A stretch of DNA of 64,000 nt from positions 118,944 through 182,943 of the forward strand of contig JAEURZ010000001.1 in the NCBI GenBank assembly GCA_016788905.1, read 5' to 3'. A program made the position numbers and the translations under genes. This document shows positions 48,380 through 59,800 of this stretch, piece after piece; within the stretch, counting starts at the first letter, position 1, and each line of letters begins with the position of its first letter. A model generated the notes under the pieces. It did no database searches. It was not told the DNA's origin and worked only from the letters and a program-made list of their open reading frames with translations. Source of the stretch: Elusimicrobiota bacterium (GTDB lineage Bacteria; Elusimicrobiota; Elusimicrobia; FEN-1173).

Positions 48380-49381
48380 TTACGCGGCCGGAGGCGTTTG
48401 AAGGGCGCGCATGTAGTGCGCTCGCTCAAAAGCGGATGGGTCAGGGCAGTTGGTTTGCGAAAGGCTTCCCCGCAGTTGTTTCACGGATTCATACTCATTT
48501 TTCTCCATCCACTCCCGGATTTCCTTTTCGATCAGAGAAAGGTGTTTGATGCCGTGGCGGTAAAGAGACGAAGCGATCATGGTCACGCTGGCCCCCACCA
48601 TGAGCATTTTCAAAGCGTCCCGTCCGGTGTGAATACCGCTTGTCGCGGCGAAATCTGTTTTAATTCGGCTGTGGAGGATCCCAATCCACGTGAGAGGAAG
48701 ACGGGCGGCCTGGGGCGTACTCCAGAGAACTTTCGGCCGGATATCCAGGTTTTCCAAATCCACGTCGGGCTGATAGAACCGGTTGAACAGGACGAGACCA
48801 TCGGCCCCCGCTTCCACAAACCGTTTGGCCATGTTGGCCATATTGGAATAAAAAGGACTGCACTTCACCGCCAAAGGAATATTGACGGCCTTCCGAACGG
48901 TTCGGACAACCTCAATGGCGCTTTCCTCCACCTGGACCCCCGAAGCGTCTGGATCCGTCGGGATAACATAGATGTTTAATTCCAAAGCGTCGGCGCCCGC
49001 TTCTTGTATTTTCTGGGCGTGGTCAATCCATCCCCCCGTGGAACTCCCGTTTAAACTCGCGATGACCGGAATGGAAAGGGCTTTCTTGCTTTTCACAATA
49101 TGTTCCAAATATTCTTCCGGGCCCAACAACGCCGACTCGGAAGCCGGGAAATAGGTCAGGGCTTCGGCAAAACTTTCTGTTCCTTGGGTGGTCCGTTCAA
49201 TAAGCTCTTCTTTGTCCCGACGCAACTGTTCTTCAAATAACGAATGGAGAACAACCGCGGAAGCACCGGCGTCTTCTAATTTTTTTAAATTGTCCAGATC
49301 GTCGGCCAAGGTGGAGGCCGAAGGAACAAGGGGAGATCGAAGTTTCATCCCCAAATAATCAGTCGATAAGTCCACGGGCAT
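48380..49381 (-). CDS. dihydroorotate dehydrogenase-like TIM-barrel flavoprotein (PyrD class 1 family member)
   Basis: DHOD/DHPD-like TIM-barrel motifs (ASLNGS, NPLAVKCSPF..., GADGLVLFNR). Immediately downstream of PFOR. Confidence 0.7.
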   Translation of the reverse strand: MPVDLSTDYLGMKLRSPLVPSASTLADDLDNLKKLEDAGASAVVLHSLFEEQLRRDKEELIERTTQGTESFAEALTYFPASESALLGPEEYLEHIVKSKKALSIPVIASLNGSSTGGWIDHAQKIQEAGADALELNIYVIPTDPDASGVQVEESAIEVVRTVRKAVNIPLAVKCSPFYSNMANMAKRFVEAGADGLVLFNRFYQPDVDLENLDIRPKVLWSTPQAARLPLTWIGILHSRIKTDFAATSGIHTGRDALKMLMVGASVTMIASSLYRHGIKHLSLIEKEIREWMEKNEYESVKQLRGSLSQTNCPDPSAFERAHYMRALQTPPAA

Positions 49382-49394
49382 GACAGGGGCTCCT

Positions 49395-52300
49395 TTAATT
49401 CGTTGGGGGTGGTGTAACGGGAACCCCGCTAGGGGTCACCGCTGGGCCGTTGGATACAGGCCGCGACGCCATGTGCTGATAAAGCGCCCAACGGGATTCC
49501 GCGTCTTCCTGAGAACGACCCCAGAGATCCCGCGCGTGTTCGGGCGCTGTTTTCGTGAGCATTTTAAAGCGATTCTCCCGCATATAAAACTCTTCCATTT
49601 TCATGGCGGCGGGCCGGGAATCGATCACCAAGGGGTTTTGGCCCTCAGTGATTCGACGCGGGTCGTGCCGATAGAGAAGCCATTGGCCGCTCCCGACAGC
49701 TGCTTTTTGGCTGTCCAGCGCCTTGGTCATATTGATCCCGTGAGCAATACAATGACTGTAGGCAATGATCAACGAAGGCCCATCAAACGACTCCGCTTCA
49801 AGGAAGGCCCGGAGCGTCTGTTCGTCCCGCGCCCCCATGGCCACTTCCGCCACATAAATGTTGCGGTAACTCATGGCCATCAAACCTAAATCTTTTTTCG
49901 CCGAAGATTTCCCCCCTGTGGCAAACTTGGCCACCGCAGACCGCGGGGTCGCCTTGGACACCTGTCCTCCCGTGTTGGAATAGACACCTGTGTCCAACAC
50001 GAGGATGTTGACATCCATCCCGCTGGCAAACACATGATCCAACCCCCCAAACCCGATGTCGTAAGCCCAGCCATCCCCCCCCACGATCCACACACTTCGC
50101 CGAACCAGGACATCCGCCAAGTCCATCAATCGGGCCACTTCATTCCCCGGCACATTTTTTAATTTCTCTTTGAGAATTTTGACCCGCTCCCTCTGTTCAT
50201 AAATCCCGGCTTCATCCCGTTGTTTTCCTTCCAACAAACCCATCACCAACTCATCCCCCAAGTGGGAGGAGAGGCGTTTCACCAAATCCCGGGCCATTTC
50301 CATTTGCTGATTCACCGAAAGGCGGAACCCCAGGCCGAATTCGGCGTTATCTTCAAAAAGCGAATTGGACCAGGCGGGACCGCGCCCCTCCTTGTTGGTT
50401 GCCCAGGGGGTGGTGGGCAAATTACCCCCATAAATGGAGGAACATCCCGTGGCGTTGGCGATCAACGCGCGGTCGCCCCATATCTGGGAAAGAAGTTTGA
50501 GGTAAGGCGTTTCCCCGCAACCGGAACAAGCTCCCGAAAATTCAAACAGTGGGGTTTGTATTTGCACTTGATTGATCCGTCCCATCTTCAGTTTCCGTCG
50601 ATCGTATTCCGGAAGGGTGAGGAAAAAATCCCAGTTCTCTTTCTCCGTCGCGCGGAGGGGAGGTTGGGGTTGCATGTTAATGGCTTTCAGTTTGGCTTCC
50701 GACTTGTTGCGCGCGGGACAAATTTCAACACAAAGGGTACAGCCCGTACAGTCCTCAGGAGCGACCTGGAGAACAAATTTCTGACCTTTCCAATCGCGCT
50801 CAATGGCGTCACGGCTTTTGAACGTCGAAGGAGCGCTGGCGATCAACTCGGGTTCGACCACTTTCGAACGGATCACACTGTGAGGACAGATCATCACGCA
50901 CTTGTTGCATTGAATACAGGTGTTCGTATCCCACACAGGGATTTCCAAAGCCAAATTACGTTTTTCATAGGCCGCTGTCCCGAGAGGGAATGTCCCATCG
51001 ATCGACATGGCACTGACCGGCAAAGAATTCCCTTCGTTTCGGATCATGGTGCCGATAATATCCCGAACATAAGCTGGCGCGCCCTCCGCCACGGGAGGAG
51101 GCAATTCTTTCACGCTCGTCACTTGGGAGGGAATTTTCACTTCAAACATATGTTCCAACGCCATGTCCACGGACCGTAAATTCATTTCAACGATATCATC
51201 GCCCTTCTTGCCGTAGGCTTTTTCAATGGAATCCTTAATCTCAGCTATGGCCCTCTCCCGAGGAAGAACATCGGAAATAGCAAAAAAACAAGACTGCATA
51301 ACCGTGTTGATCAAACCGCGCAACCCAGCCTCTTTGGCCACGGCGTAGGCGTCGATTACAAAAAAACGAAGTTTCTTGGAAATGAATTTTTCCTGAAAAA
51401 TCCGAGGGAGTTCGTCCCAAATCTTATCCGGCCCAAAAGCGGTGTTGAGCAATACCGTTCCGCCTGTTTTCATTTGGTCCAAGAGGTCAAACCGTTCCAG
51501 AAACACCGGCTGGTGGATGCCCAAAAAATCCGCTTCAGAAATAAGATACGGCGCGTGAATCGGCTCCGGACCGAAACGCAAGTGAGAAATTGTAATGGAC
51601 CCCGCCTTCTTCGAATCGTAAACAAAGTAGCCCTGGGCATACCCCTCGGTGTTTTCCCCGATAATTTTAATGGAGTTCTTGTTGGCGCTCACGGTCCCAT
51701 CCGAACCCAGCCCATAGAACAGCGCACGCACGCCTTTGGGCGGTTCCGCTGAAAAATGCGGGTCCCACGGAAGACTGGTGTGCCCCACATCGTCATGAAT
51801 TCCAATGGTGAAATGGCTTTTGGGTTTTGCGGCGGAGAGGTTATCGAAAACAGCTTTGGCCATCCCGGGGGTAAAATCTTTGGACGAGAGTCCGTAACGT
51901 CCTCCCACAATGACCGGGGCCCCAATGAAAGGAGAAGTCCCTGCCCCCAACGATTCAAACACGGTGCTGACCACATCCGTAAAAAGCGGTTCCCCAGCGG
52001 ACCCGGGTTCCTTCGTTCGGTCCAACACGGCCATGCGTTTCACTGTTTTGGGCAGGGCCTTTAAGAACGCCGCCCCATCCAACGGCCGATACAGACGAAC
52101 TTTCAGAACCCCCACTTTTTCACCTGAAGCGTTCAATACCTTAGCCGTTTCTTGGGCAGTCTCCGCCCCAGAACCCATTAGGACGATGACACGCTCGGCG
52201 TCCGGTGCCCCCACATAGTCAAACAAGCGATAGTGTCGGCCCGTCAGCTTTGCAAACCGATCCATGATCGACTGCGTGATTCCCGGACAGGCATCGTAGA

Positions 52301-53006
52301 AGGGATTGACGGTCTCTCGCCCTTGAAAATAAACATCCGGGTTCTGGGCGGATCCCCGCATCACGGGTTTTTCTGGCGTGAGCCCCCGGGCGCGATGGGC
52401 GTGAATATCGGCGTCATCAATCAGGGCCCGAAGAGTCTCATCCTCCAGATACGTGACTTTCTGGACTTCGTGCGATGTGCGAAATCCATCAAAAAAATGA
52501 AGGAACGGAATGCGCGATTTAAGTGTCGCGGCTTGAGAAATGGCGGCGAAGTCCATGGCCTCTTGAACAGACGAGGAACACAAGAGGGCCCACCCGGTCT
52601 GGCGAGTGGCCATAACGTCTTGGTGGTCACCAAAAATAGAAAGCGCTTGAGCCGCAAGGGACCGGGCGGCCACATGAAAAACCGCTGGGGTCAGTTCCCC
52701 GGCGATTTTGTACATGTTCGGAACCATCAGGAGTAGACCCTGGCTTGCCGTGAAGGTGGTGGACAGAGATCCCGTTTGCAGGGCCCCGTGAACCGCACCC
52801 GCAACCCCCGCTTCACTCTGCATTTGGTAGACGTAAGGAACGTCTCCCCAAATATTTTTCTTCATCTCATACATCCACGCGTCGGACCATTCCGCCATCG
52901 TGGAGGAAGGGGTGATGGGATAGATCGCAATAACTTCGTTGGTGCGGAACGCCACAGACGCAACGGCTTCGCCGCCATCAATTGTTTTAAATCGCGCTTG
53001 GGACAT
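49395..53006 (-). CDS. nifJ: pyruvate:ferredoxin (flavodoxin) oxidoreductase, single-chain PFOR
   Basis: 1203 aa. Two 4Fe-4S ferredoxin motifs (CIQCNKCVMICP, CTGCTLCVEICP). TPP-binding GGDGWAYDIG. Conserved PFOR domains I to VI in order. Confidence 0.9.
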   Translation of the reverse strand: MSQARFKTIDGGEAVASVAFRTNEVIAIYPITPSSTMAEWSDAWMYEMKKNIWGDVPYVYQMQSEAGVAGAVHGALQTGSLSTTFTASQGLLLMVPNMYKIAGELTPAVFHVAARSLAAQALSIFGDHQDVMATRQTGWALLCSSSVQEAMDFAAISQAATLKSRIPFLHFFDGFRTSHEVQKVTYLEDETLRALIDDADIHAHRARGLTPEKPVMRGSAQNPDVYFQGRETVNPFYDACPGITQSIMDRFAKLTGRHYRLFDYVGAPDAERVIVLMGSGAETAQETAKVLNASGEKVGVLKVRLYRPLDGAAFLKALPKTVKRMAVLDRTKEPGSAGEPLFTDVVSTVFESLGAGTSPFIGAPVIVGGRYGLSSKDFTPGMAKAVFDNLSAAKPKSHFTIGIHDDVGHTSLPWDPHFSAEPPKGVRALFYGLGSDGTVSANKNSIKIIGENTEGYAQGYFVYDSKKAGSITISHLRFGPEPIHAPYLISEADFLGIHQPVFLERFDLLDQMKTGGTVLLNTAFGPDKIWDELPRIFQEKFISKKLRFFVIDAYAVAKEAGLRGLINTVMQSCFFAISDVLPRERAIAEIKDSIEKAYGKKGDDIVEMNLRSVDMALEHMFEVKIPSQVTSVKELPPPVAEGAPAYVRDIIGTMIRNEGNSLPVSAMSIDGTFPLGTAAYEKRNLALEIPVWDTNTCIQCNKCVMICPHSVIRSKVVEPELIASAPSTFKSRDAIERDWKGQKFVLQVAPEDCTGCTLCVEICPARNKSEAKLKAINMQPQPPLRATEKENWDFFLTLPEYDRRKLKMGRINQVQIQTPLFEFSGACSGCGETPYLKLLSQIWGDRALIANATGCSSIYGGNLPTTPWATNKEGRGPAWSNSLFEDNAEFGLGFRLSVNQQMEMARDLVKRLSSHLGDELVMGLLEGKQRDEAGIYEQRERVKILKEKLKNVPGNEVARLMDLADVLVRRSVWIVGGDGWAYDIGFGGLDHVFASGMDVNILVLDTGVYSNTGGQVSKATPRSAVAKFATGGKSSAKKDLGLMAMSYRNIYVAEVAMGARDEQTLRAFLEAESFDGPSLIIAYSHCIAHGINMTKALDSQKAAVGSGQWLLYRHDPRRITEGQNPLVIDSRPAAMKMEEFYMRENRFKMLTKTAPEHARDLWGRSQEDAESRWALYQHMASRPVSNGPAVTPSGVPVTPPPTN

Positions 53007-53436
53007 AGAAAACCTCGGGAGATGGAATCTCGTTCGTGCAACGTCGAATCCCGTGCATTAAAGAAAGGGGCAACGAACGGAAAAGAAACCACTTACTTTC
53101 CCGACGATCATATGAAAAGTGAAGAGGATTGACATCCCCCCACGCCAAAAAAATGCTAAAAAAAAACATGCCCGAAACAGACCTCTCCCCCATAGTACCT
53201 CTCCAGGCCACCTGGGTTAAGCTCCATTACGAGATGAAGGCGATAGTCCCAGGGACAGAGCTCTTGACACGTCTTTGGTCTGGGTCAGTGGAAAACGCGG
53301 TTCTTGTTCGAGGTCACCGTGGCGAAGTTTTTGTCAAACTCCGAAGCGCTCAGCGCCTCTCCTACGGAAAACCGGCGGGAGTGGAATTGAAATTGAAAGT
53401 GGTCTCCTACAAGAGGAGCGAAGGAGAGGATTAGGG

Positions 53437-53988
53437 TTACGTTTTCATTCGGAAATGATTGGAATTCATCACATTAAAATAGGTAAGCTCTGAGTCATTG
53501 TTTTCTTTCATTAGAGCCCGCTGTCCTTCTGAAAAGGGAGTGACTGGGGCCTTCCATAACGGATAAAGGTGTTCTTCTTCCAAACGAACCCGTTTTTCAA
53601 GCAACGCAAACACGCGCTGCGTGTCTTCCGCAAACAGTGGAAAACTCCCATGAATGGCCTTGTCGGATTTCCAGGCTTCCCGATAGTTTCCAAAGGCTCT
53701 CCGCAAATGACCCATTTCAACATAAAAGCGCTCGGCGGTGGTTCGAACTTTTTCGTCCGTTGAGATTAGAGCAGCGGGATAAAACTCCCGGTCCTCCACC
53801 GATAAATGAAGCCCCAGAGAGGCGGCAAGAACATCCAATCTTTGCCCAATATCCGCCGCCAGAGTCTTCGTGGAAACCAATCCCAGGAGTGCTCGAATAT
53901 CCTGAATTTGATCCAACATTTCCGTGTGTTGTTGCGACAACTCTTTTATCTCCACGGATTTATTCCCCCCCACACGAACTGATCTCAT
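53437..53988 (-). CDS. hemerythrin-like (HHE cation-binding) domain protein
   Basis: 183 aa with spaced His/Glu residues typical of hemerythrin-like domains (H..E...H...H..D). Confidence 0.6.
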   Translation of the reverse strand: MRSVRVGGNKSVEIKELSQQHTEMLDQIQDIRALLGLVSTKTLAADIGQRLDVLAASLGLHLSVEDREFYPAALISTDEKVRTTAERFYVEMGHLRRAFGNYREAWKSDKAIHGSFPLFAEDTQRVFALLEKRVRLEEEHLYPLWKAPVTPFSEGQRALMKENNDSELTYFNVMNSNHFRMKT

Positions 53989-54082
53989 AGGTATTATCGG
54001 ATTTTTATCAAATTTCTTTATACAAACAGACGATTTGCGGCTATAATGCCCCTACCGCTATGAACTCTCCTGGAATTTCCCT

Positions 54083-54667
54083 TTGTTAAAAAATGCGATT
54101 TACCTGATCAGCGAAACTCGCCCGGGAAATCTGGTTAATTCCCGGGCTGAAGTGTGCTTCGTTGGACGTTCAAATGTGGGCAAAAGCACCCTGTTAAACG
54201 CGCTCTGCGGAAAGGGGATCGCACGCGTTTCATCCACACCGGGACGGACCCGGATGATCAACGTTTTTTCTGTTGGTGAGGACCGATGGCTGGTGGACTT
54301 ACCGGGCTATGGGTATGCCGAAGTTCCTAAAGGGGAACGGAGAAATTGGGGGGCCATGGTGGAAGGGTACCTTGTCGAACGACCGAACCTGCGCATGGTG
54401 TTTACACTCATTGACGCGAAAGTCGGCCCTACCCCCCTGGACGTCCAAATGCATGAGTGGCTCGTTTCTAAGGGACTACCGTGGCGCGTCGTGGCGACAA
54501 AGATCGACCAAGTCAAAAAATCCATCGCTGGAAACCAACGGCGTCTTGTGGCAAAAACATTTGGCCTTCTACCAGAAGGCATCGCCTGGGTCAGCGCGGC
54601 CAAAGGACTAGGGATTAAAGAACTCAAGGCCGAAGTGACCGGCCTCCTCCTTAAACCTTCGGTTTAG
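54083..54667 (+). CDS. engB: ribosome-biogenesis GTPase EngB (YihA/YsxC)
   Basis: G1 GRSNVGKSTLLNAL, G3 DLPGYG and G4 TKID. Confidence 0.9.
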   Translation: MLKNAIYLISETRPGNLVNSRAEVCFVGRSNVGKSTLLNALCGKGIARVSSTPGRTRMINVFSVGEDRWLVDLPGYGYAEVPKGERRNWGAMVEGYLVERPNLRMVFTLIDAKVGPTPLDVQMHEWLVSKGLPWRVVATKIDQVKKSIAGNQRRLVAKTFGLLPEGIAWVSAAKGLGIKELKAEVTGLLLKPSV

Positions 54668-56018
54668 GAAGTTCTTCCTTGGGTGGGACCGGGGTTTGAA
54701 TGGACCCTAAATAGCCGGGAAGGTCCACCCCCGCCATGGCCGCAACCTCGTGCAACGGGGGAAGCGTTCGGACCAACCCGCTCATGAAGTTTGCAGTGGA
54801 CGATCCCTTCTCCCCCCCCGAATCCCAAACGGTAATTTTGTCGATCTTAATGTTCTTAATCACTTCGGTCTGCAATCGGACAATATCTTCCAATTTTTCC
54901 ACCAAAAGCAACGTGGCCGCGTCTTTCGGACTGTTTTGAGCGCTTCCCACCAAAGCCTTATACCCATCCGCCTTCGACATCAAAACCTTCTGAATACCGG
55001 TGGCCTCGGCGGTCTTCACCGAAACGATGGCGTCGGCTTCTCCCCGAGCGGTGCGCCGGTTTTTCTCGGCAGCGGCTTCCGCATCAATTTCGACCTTACG
55101 TTTTTCAATTTCTCGAGGAACCACCTCTTCCGCTTCCAAACGACGGGTTTCGGCCAGCGCTTTGGCTTTTTGAATTTCAGCCATTGAATTTTGTTTTGCC
55201 ACCTCCCCGCGTCGGCTCGCGTCGGCTTCTTTTTCAGCCAGATCCGCGTTCACTGTAGCGATATTGGCTTTGGCGGTATTTTCCCCCTCCACAGCCTTCG
55301 CGTTAAAAGACGCCACCTGAATCCGTCGTTCCCGCTGGGCGTCGGCTTCACCAATGGCGCCTTTCTTTTCTTGTTCAGCCACATCAATTTTGGCTTGATT
55401 GACTGCGGTGGAAGCGGCCTTTTTCCCAATGCTTTCAATGTAACCCGATTCGTCCGTAATATCCGTAATGTTAACGTTGATCAAGGTCAACCCGATTTTG
55501 CCCAGCTCCATGTCAATGTTTTTTCGAACCGCTTCCATAAAACGTTCCCGGTCTTGGTTGATTTGTTCAATGGTTAAAGACGCTACGGTCAAACGGAGTT
55601 GTCCAAAAATAATTTCCTGCGCCATGGTTTCAATTTCTTGACGCTCCATATTCAATAGGCGGACAGCGGCGTTGGTCATGGATTCCGGGGTCGTGTCAAT
55701 GGCGACGGTGAAAGTACTGGGCACGTTCACCCGGATGTTCTGCATCGAAAGAGCGTTCTTCAAAGGAATATTGATGGTCATCGGGGTTAAGGTCAGGTAG
55801 GTGTAATCCTGAATAAGCGGCCAGACCAAGGCCCCGCCCCCATGAATACAACGCACCGAACGTCCCACACCCACTTTTCCGTAAACCGCCAAGATCATAT
55901 TGGAGGGGCAACGACGATAACGGCTCGCCAAAAAGAGCATGGTGATAAAGAGGAAGGAGGCCAAGAGGGCTCCCCCGACAACAGCAAAATTTATTTCAAG
56001 TGTTTGAAGAAGATACAT
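54651..56018 (-). CDS. flotillin-like SPFH/band-7 protein (YqiK-like)
   Basis: N-terminal TM, SPFH domain, and a long Ala/Glu-rich coiled-coil C-terminus. Confidence 0.8.
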   Translation of the reverse strand: MYLLQTLEINFAVVGGALLASFLFITMLFLASRYRRCPSNMILAVYGKVGVGRSVRCIHGGGALVWPLIQDYTYLTLTPMTINIPLKNALSMQNIRVNVPSTFTVAIDTTPESMTNAAVRLLNMERQEIETMAQEIIFGQLRLTVASLTIEQINQDRERFMEAVRKNIDMELGKIGLTLINVNITDITDESGYIESIGKKAASTAVNQAKIDVAEQEKKGAIGEADAQRERRIQVASFNAKAVEGENTAKANIATVNADLAEKEADASRRGEVAKQNSMAEIQKAKALAETRRLEAEEVVPREIEKRKVEIDAEAAAEKNRRTARGEADAIVSVKTAEATGIQKVLMSKADGYKALVGSAQNSPKDAATLLLVEKLEDIVRLQTEVIKNIKIDKITVWDSGGEKGSSTANFMSGLVRTLPPLHEVAAMAGVDLPGYLGSIQTPVPPKEELPKPKV

Positions 56019-56027
56019 ATCATCCTC

Positions 56028-56648
56028 CTACGGCAATTTTTTAACGGACACGGTCGATCCATCCACCACCCGAACCACGGTCACATTCACGAAAGAATCC
56101 AGATCCACGCGATCTTCAGAAACCGCGGACACAAAGCGTGTGCTGTTGTTGAGAACCAACCGCACCTGTCCACGCCCTTCGGACGGGATCCGCGTATAAA
56201 CAGAGCCGGTCAGTCCAATCGTTTTCTGAACAGAGAACACATCCCCCGAACTGTTGAGGCGCCCCATTAGTTTAAAGAGGGATGCCGTGATAAACATGGC
56301 CACCACACCCGCGGCCAAGGAAATAAAAAAAGACGCTGTGGTGCCGAGACCGAATTGCTTTTCACACGACAGTCCCGCCCATCCAAAAGTCATAAAGAAC
56401 CCCGTGAGCGATTGCAGGGACACAAGTTTGAACGCCATGTCTGTAGCGTCCAAGGTTTGAGAATGGGTCGCCCCTTCCGACCCATGACTCACCTCTCCCA
56501 CTCCACCGCCATCCCCTACGTGATCCAAACCATCGGACTCTCCCCCAAAACCTCCAACCACCATGGCGGCCATGCGAAAGAGGAAAAAGAATGTGCCCGC
56601 CAAAGCAAAAATCCAATAAATCAATTCCGCTCCACGCAATGATCCCAT
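56028..56648 (-). CDS. NfeD-like membrane protein (YqiJ-like) with a C-terminal OB-fold
   Basis: Three to four TM helices, then a beta-rich domain of about 70 aa. Directly upstream of the flotillin gene, which is the canonical pair. Confidence 0.7.
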   Translation of the reverse strand: MGSLRGAELIYWIFALAGTFFFLFRMAAMVVGGFGGESDGLDHVGDGGGVGEVSHGSEGATHSQTLDATDMAFKLVSLQSLTGFFMTFGWAGLSCEKQFGLGTTASFFISLAAGVVAMFITASLFKLMGRLNSSGDVFSVQKTIGLTGSVYTRIPSEGRGQVRLVLNNSTRFVSAVSEDRVDLDSFVNVTVVRVVDGSTVSVKKLP

Positions 56649-56832
56649 GGCTCCCCTCCTCTGACCGAATTACCGTTTTCCCACCCCATCGATGGAAGAA
56701 AATATAGCACAAGATCCCCGAAGGCGCCATGTTTTCTAAAAGTGTCGTCATATGGATTTTACACAGGCGCAACAAGTTCCATACCTCAACCCTTTATAAT
56801 GAATCCAAAAAAGAAACCCGAGAGAAACGATT

Positions 56833-59800
56833 ATGACTCAATTCATCCCATGGACCCTAGGCCGGACCACCTTAGCGGGGGCGATTCTGTTCACACAAGT
56901 TTTCTTTGCCCACCAAGTGGAAGCTCATTTTTGGGCCCAACGAGCCGATGCGGCTCGCCGCCTACGCGGGGAATCCTCGGCTCCATCCGAACAAATGGGA
57001 TGGCTCACGGAAATGACAACGTCCCTCTCAGGGATAGGAACAGTCACGATGGGAAGGACAGGATCCGGATCGGTCCTTTCCAAAAACTCCTTTCCACCCC
57101 CCCTCCGGGACGAAGTGGCGGACCTCGTGACCGCCCTCTTGCCTCATGCCACACTTCGGTCCTATAGAGACGCGGGCCCGGGGACTCCTTTCGTCATCCA
57201 CCTTCAGGACGTCCACGGGCACTTGGATGCCCAACGGAATATTACAAACCTTCTATCGGAAATTGTGACCCGTCGCCCCGGAACACCGATTGCTCTTGAA
57301 GGAGGGGCGGGCCCCATCGCCCTTCCTTCCTTGAACACAGTTTCGGTCCCTGCCATCCGACGGACGGCGGCGTTCTTTTTCAATACGGGGATCATCAGCG
57401 GAGCGGAAGTCGCTGCCCTGACCGCTCCGGTGGGAACTCCCCTCCATGGGGCAGAGAATCCAGAGCTCTACCTGGCCAACGTAGAGGCGGTACAGAAAGC
57501 GGCCCTCCTCCACCAAAAGATGACAGAACGGCTCTCAGCCTGGAGAACCCAAGTGGAAACTAAAGCGGATCAAACGCTGACCCCAGAACTTCGAGCCTTT
57601 AACGACAAAACCCGCCGGTGGGCTTCCGGAACGGAAGGGCTCAGCGACCGTGCCCACTTCCTCTGGACCCGGGCGAACTCCAGAGAACACCCTGAACTCA
57701 AGAAATTCATGGAAGCCGCGCGAACTGAAGAAAAAATAAATTTGATCGCGGTCCAGCAGGATCGACGGGCTCTCTTAACCAACTTGGAAGAACGAATGGC
57801 GAGCTCAGCGGTCTCGGATCTCGCCCACGCGGCGTTGGCCTTCCGAAGTGGGCACCTCCGCCCCGGTGACTTCTACCGAACCCTTCGAAACGCCATACAC
57901 CGGAGTGGTTTGACACTGAACCCTTATCCTCATTTTGAGGCCTATGTGCGTTACGTCATTCTGGCCGATAGTATTCAGCCCGAAATACTTCAAGAGGAAA
58001 TGGAAAGACTGGAATCCTCGCTCTGGAACCGATTGGCCAAAACACCGGAAGAGCACCGCCAGGTCGCTCTGATTCGAGACCTCCGTCTGATGGAGGGGTT
58101 GGCCACTCTGACCTTGACTCCCCAAGACTGGACCCATTACCTCGAACGCTCCGCGGAGCTACACCAACTTCCCCATCGAATGAACGAACCGTCCATGAAC
58201 CATCCCACCTGGATACAGGAACTCACTCCTTTTGAACAGTTTTACACATGTGCCGAAGCACGAAATTCAGCCCTGGCCAAGAACGTGAGCGCCCTCTTTA
58301 CGCGAACCTCTCAAAACCGACCCTTGGTGGTCCTGGTGGCGGGCGGGTTTCACTCCGCCGGATTGGCTCCCATTTTCGCAGCTCAGGGTATTTCCGTCCT
58401 CACCCTATCGCCCAAATTAAGCGAAGCCGGTCACGGAACACCTTTTGATCTTTTCACCCGCGAGCGAACTCCCTTGGAACGTCTTTTCGAATCCCCTCGT
58501 ATCACCCTGTCCCAAACTTTGGCTCTCCAACCCATTGGAGATTCATTACAGACCCGAACCCAATTGATCAAGGAATTGGGCCCACGCCTGGGTCCCCTTT
58601 TGGAAAAAGAGGCGGGGGATAGGGGCTCGAGAGTGCACATTTCCGAAGGGGACCCCGTCCTGTTGACCACCGATTCTGACGGACTGACCACCGATTCAAT
58701 CCGTCAAATCGTTGCTGGAGGGAGTCTTTTAGCCGCCAAGGTGCCCACCTCCCTTCAATCCGGAACCACGGTGGACACCCGGGCAAACGACCCCTCTGTG
58801 TATGTCTATACCAAAAGGATCAATGCCGGAAGAGAGTTTTTACGGAGGGCAACTCTTCTCTTCGTTCAAATGAAGTCCCATATCATTCGAGCATTAGGCG
58901 TTTCTCTGTTATCCGTGTTGCTCCTCCCCTTAACACCAAGTCTTTCGGCCCAAGCGGCCACTTTTTCACAGATGGGGGATCGTATCGAAGTCATGGTTCA
59001 CAAGGGAGAACATTTGTGGGGAGTGGCCCAAAAAATATTAGACGCTCAAGGGGTCCGCGTTACCCTTCAGGCCACGGCCAAAGCAGTTCAGGACCTAGCC
59101 CGTGCCAATGCCGAACAAATACCAAATCCCGATCTCATTTACCCGGGAGTTTCGTATACCGTTCCTTCCCAACTTTTGAATGCGAACACCAGACGAACAC
59201 TCACCGAAAGGGACAGCCCTGGCGCGACAGAAAAAAAGCCTCGAGCGGAGGATCCACCCGAGGAAATCGGACGAATTGTCCCTCAAGGGATGACACCAGA
59301 TCCCGGCCCCCCGGATTCCCAGCCCGAACCACCACGATCCCTCTCACCCGAAAGAGTTCCTGAAATTCCCCCGCAATCAAGTCCGTCAGCCCCCACGGCA
59401 CCCGGATTCGACATCAGTTATTTCTTACTGATCGCAGGGGCCTACGTTTTGCGAGCAACGCGAATCACGCATTCTGCCTTGGGATACAATGCCATGAAAG
59501 ATCGGGCCCATCGATTTCTTTCCTTAACAACCCGGCAGAAAAATGCCTCGCGTCGATTTCTTTCACGGATTCTCCCTCACCACCTGAATCTTCAGCTCGT
59601 GGGGACACTCGGGATCATCACCCTTCTCATTTATTCTTTCCCCACCCTGATCGTGGCCAACGGAGATGCCCTCGGGATTGACCTGGCCAAGCAATGGCCG
59701 GTCGAACTTGTCCTGACCACGGGGGTGGGCATGGCCATCTATTTTATTTGGTGGCGACCGAAAGAGGTGGATTTGAGTCTGGTGGAAAAAACCGATCCCC

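Noticed and set aside
53129-53434. 101-aa plus-strand ORF between nifJ and the hemerythrin gene
   Set aside because: It lies in the divergent/convergent promoter region of nifJ. It has poly-A-derived Lys runs at the N-terminus and no recognisable domain. It is kept only as a note because it fills the gap exactly.
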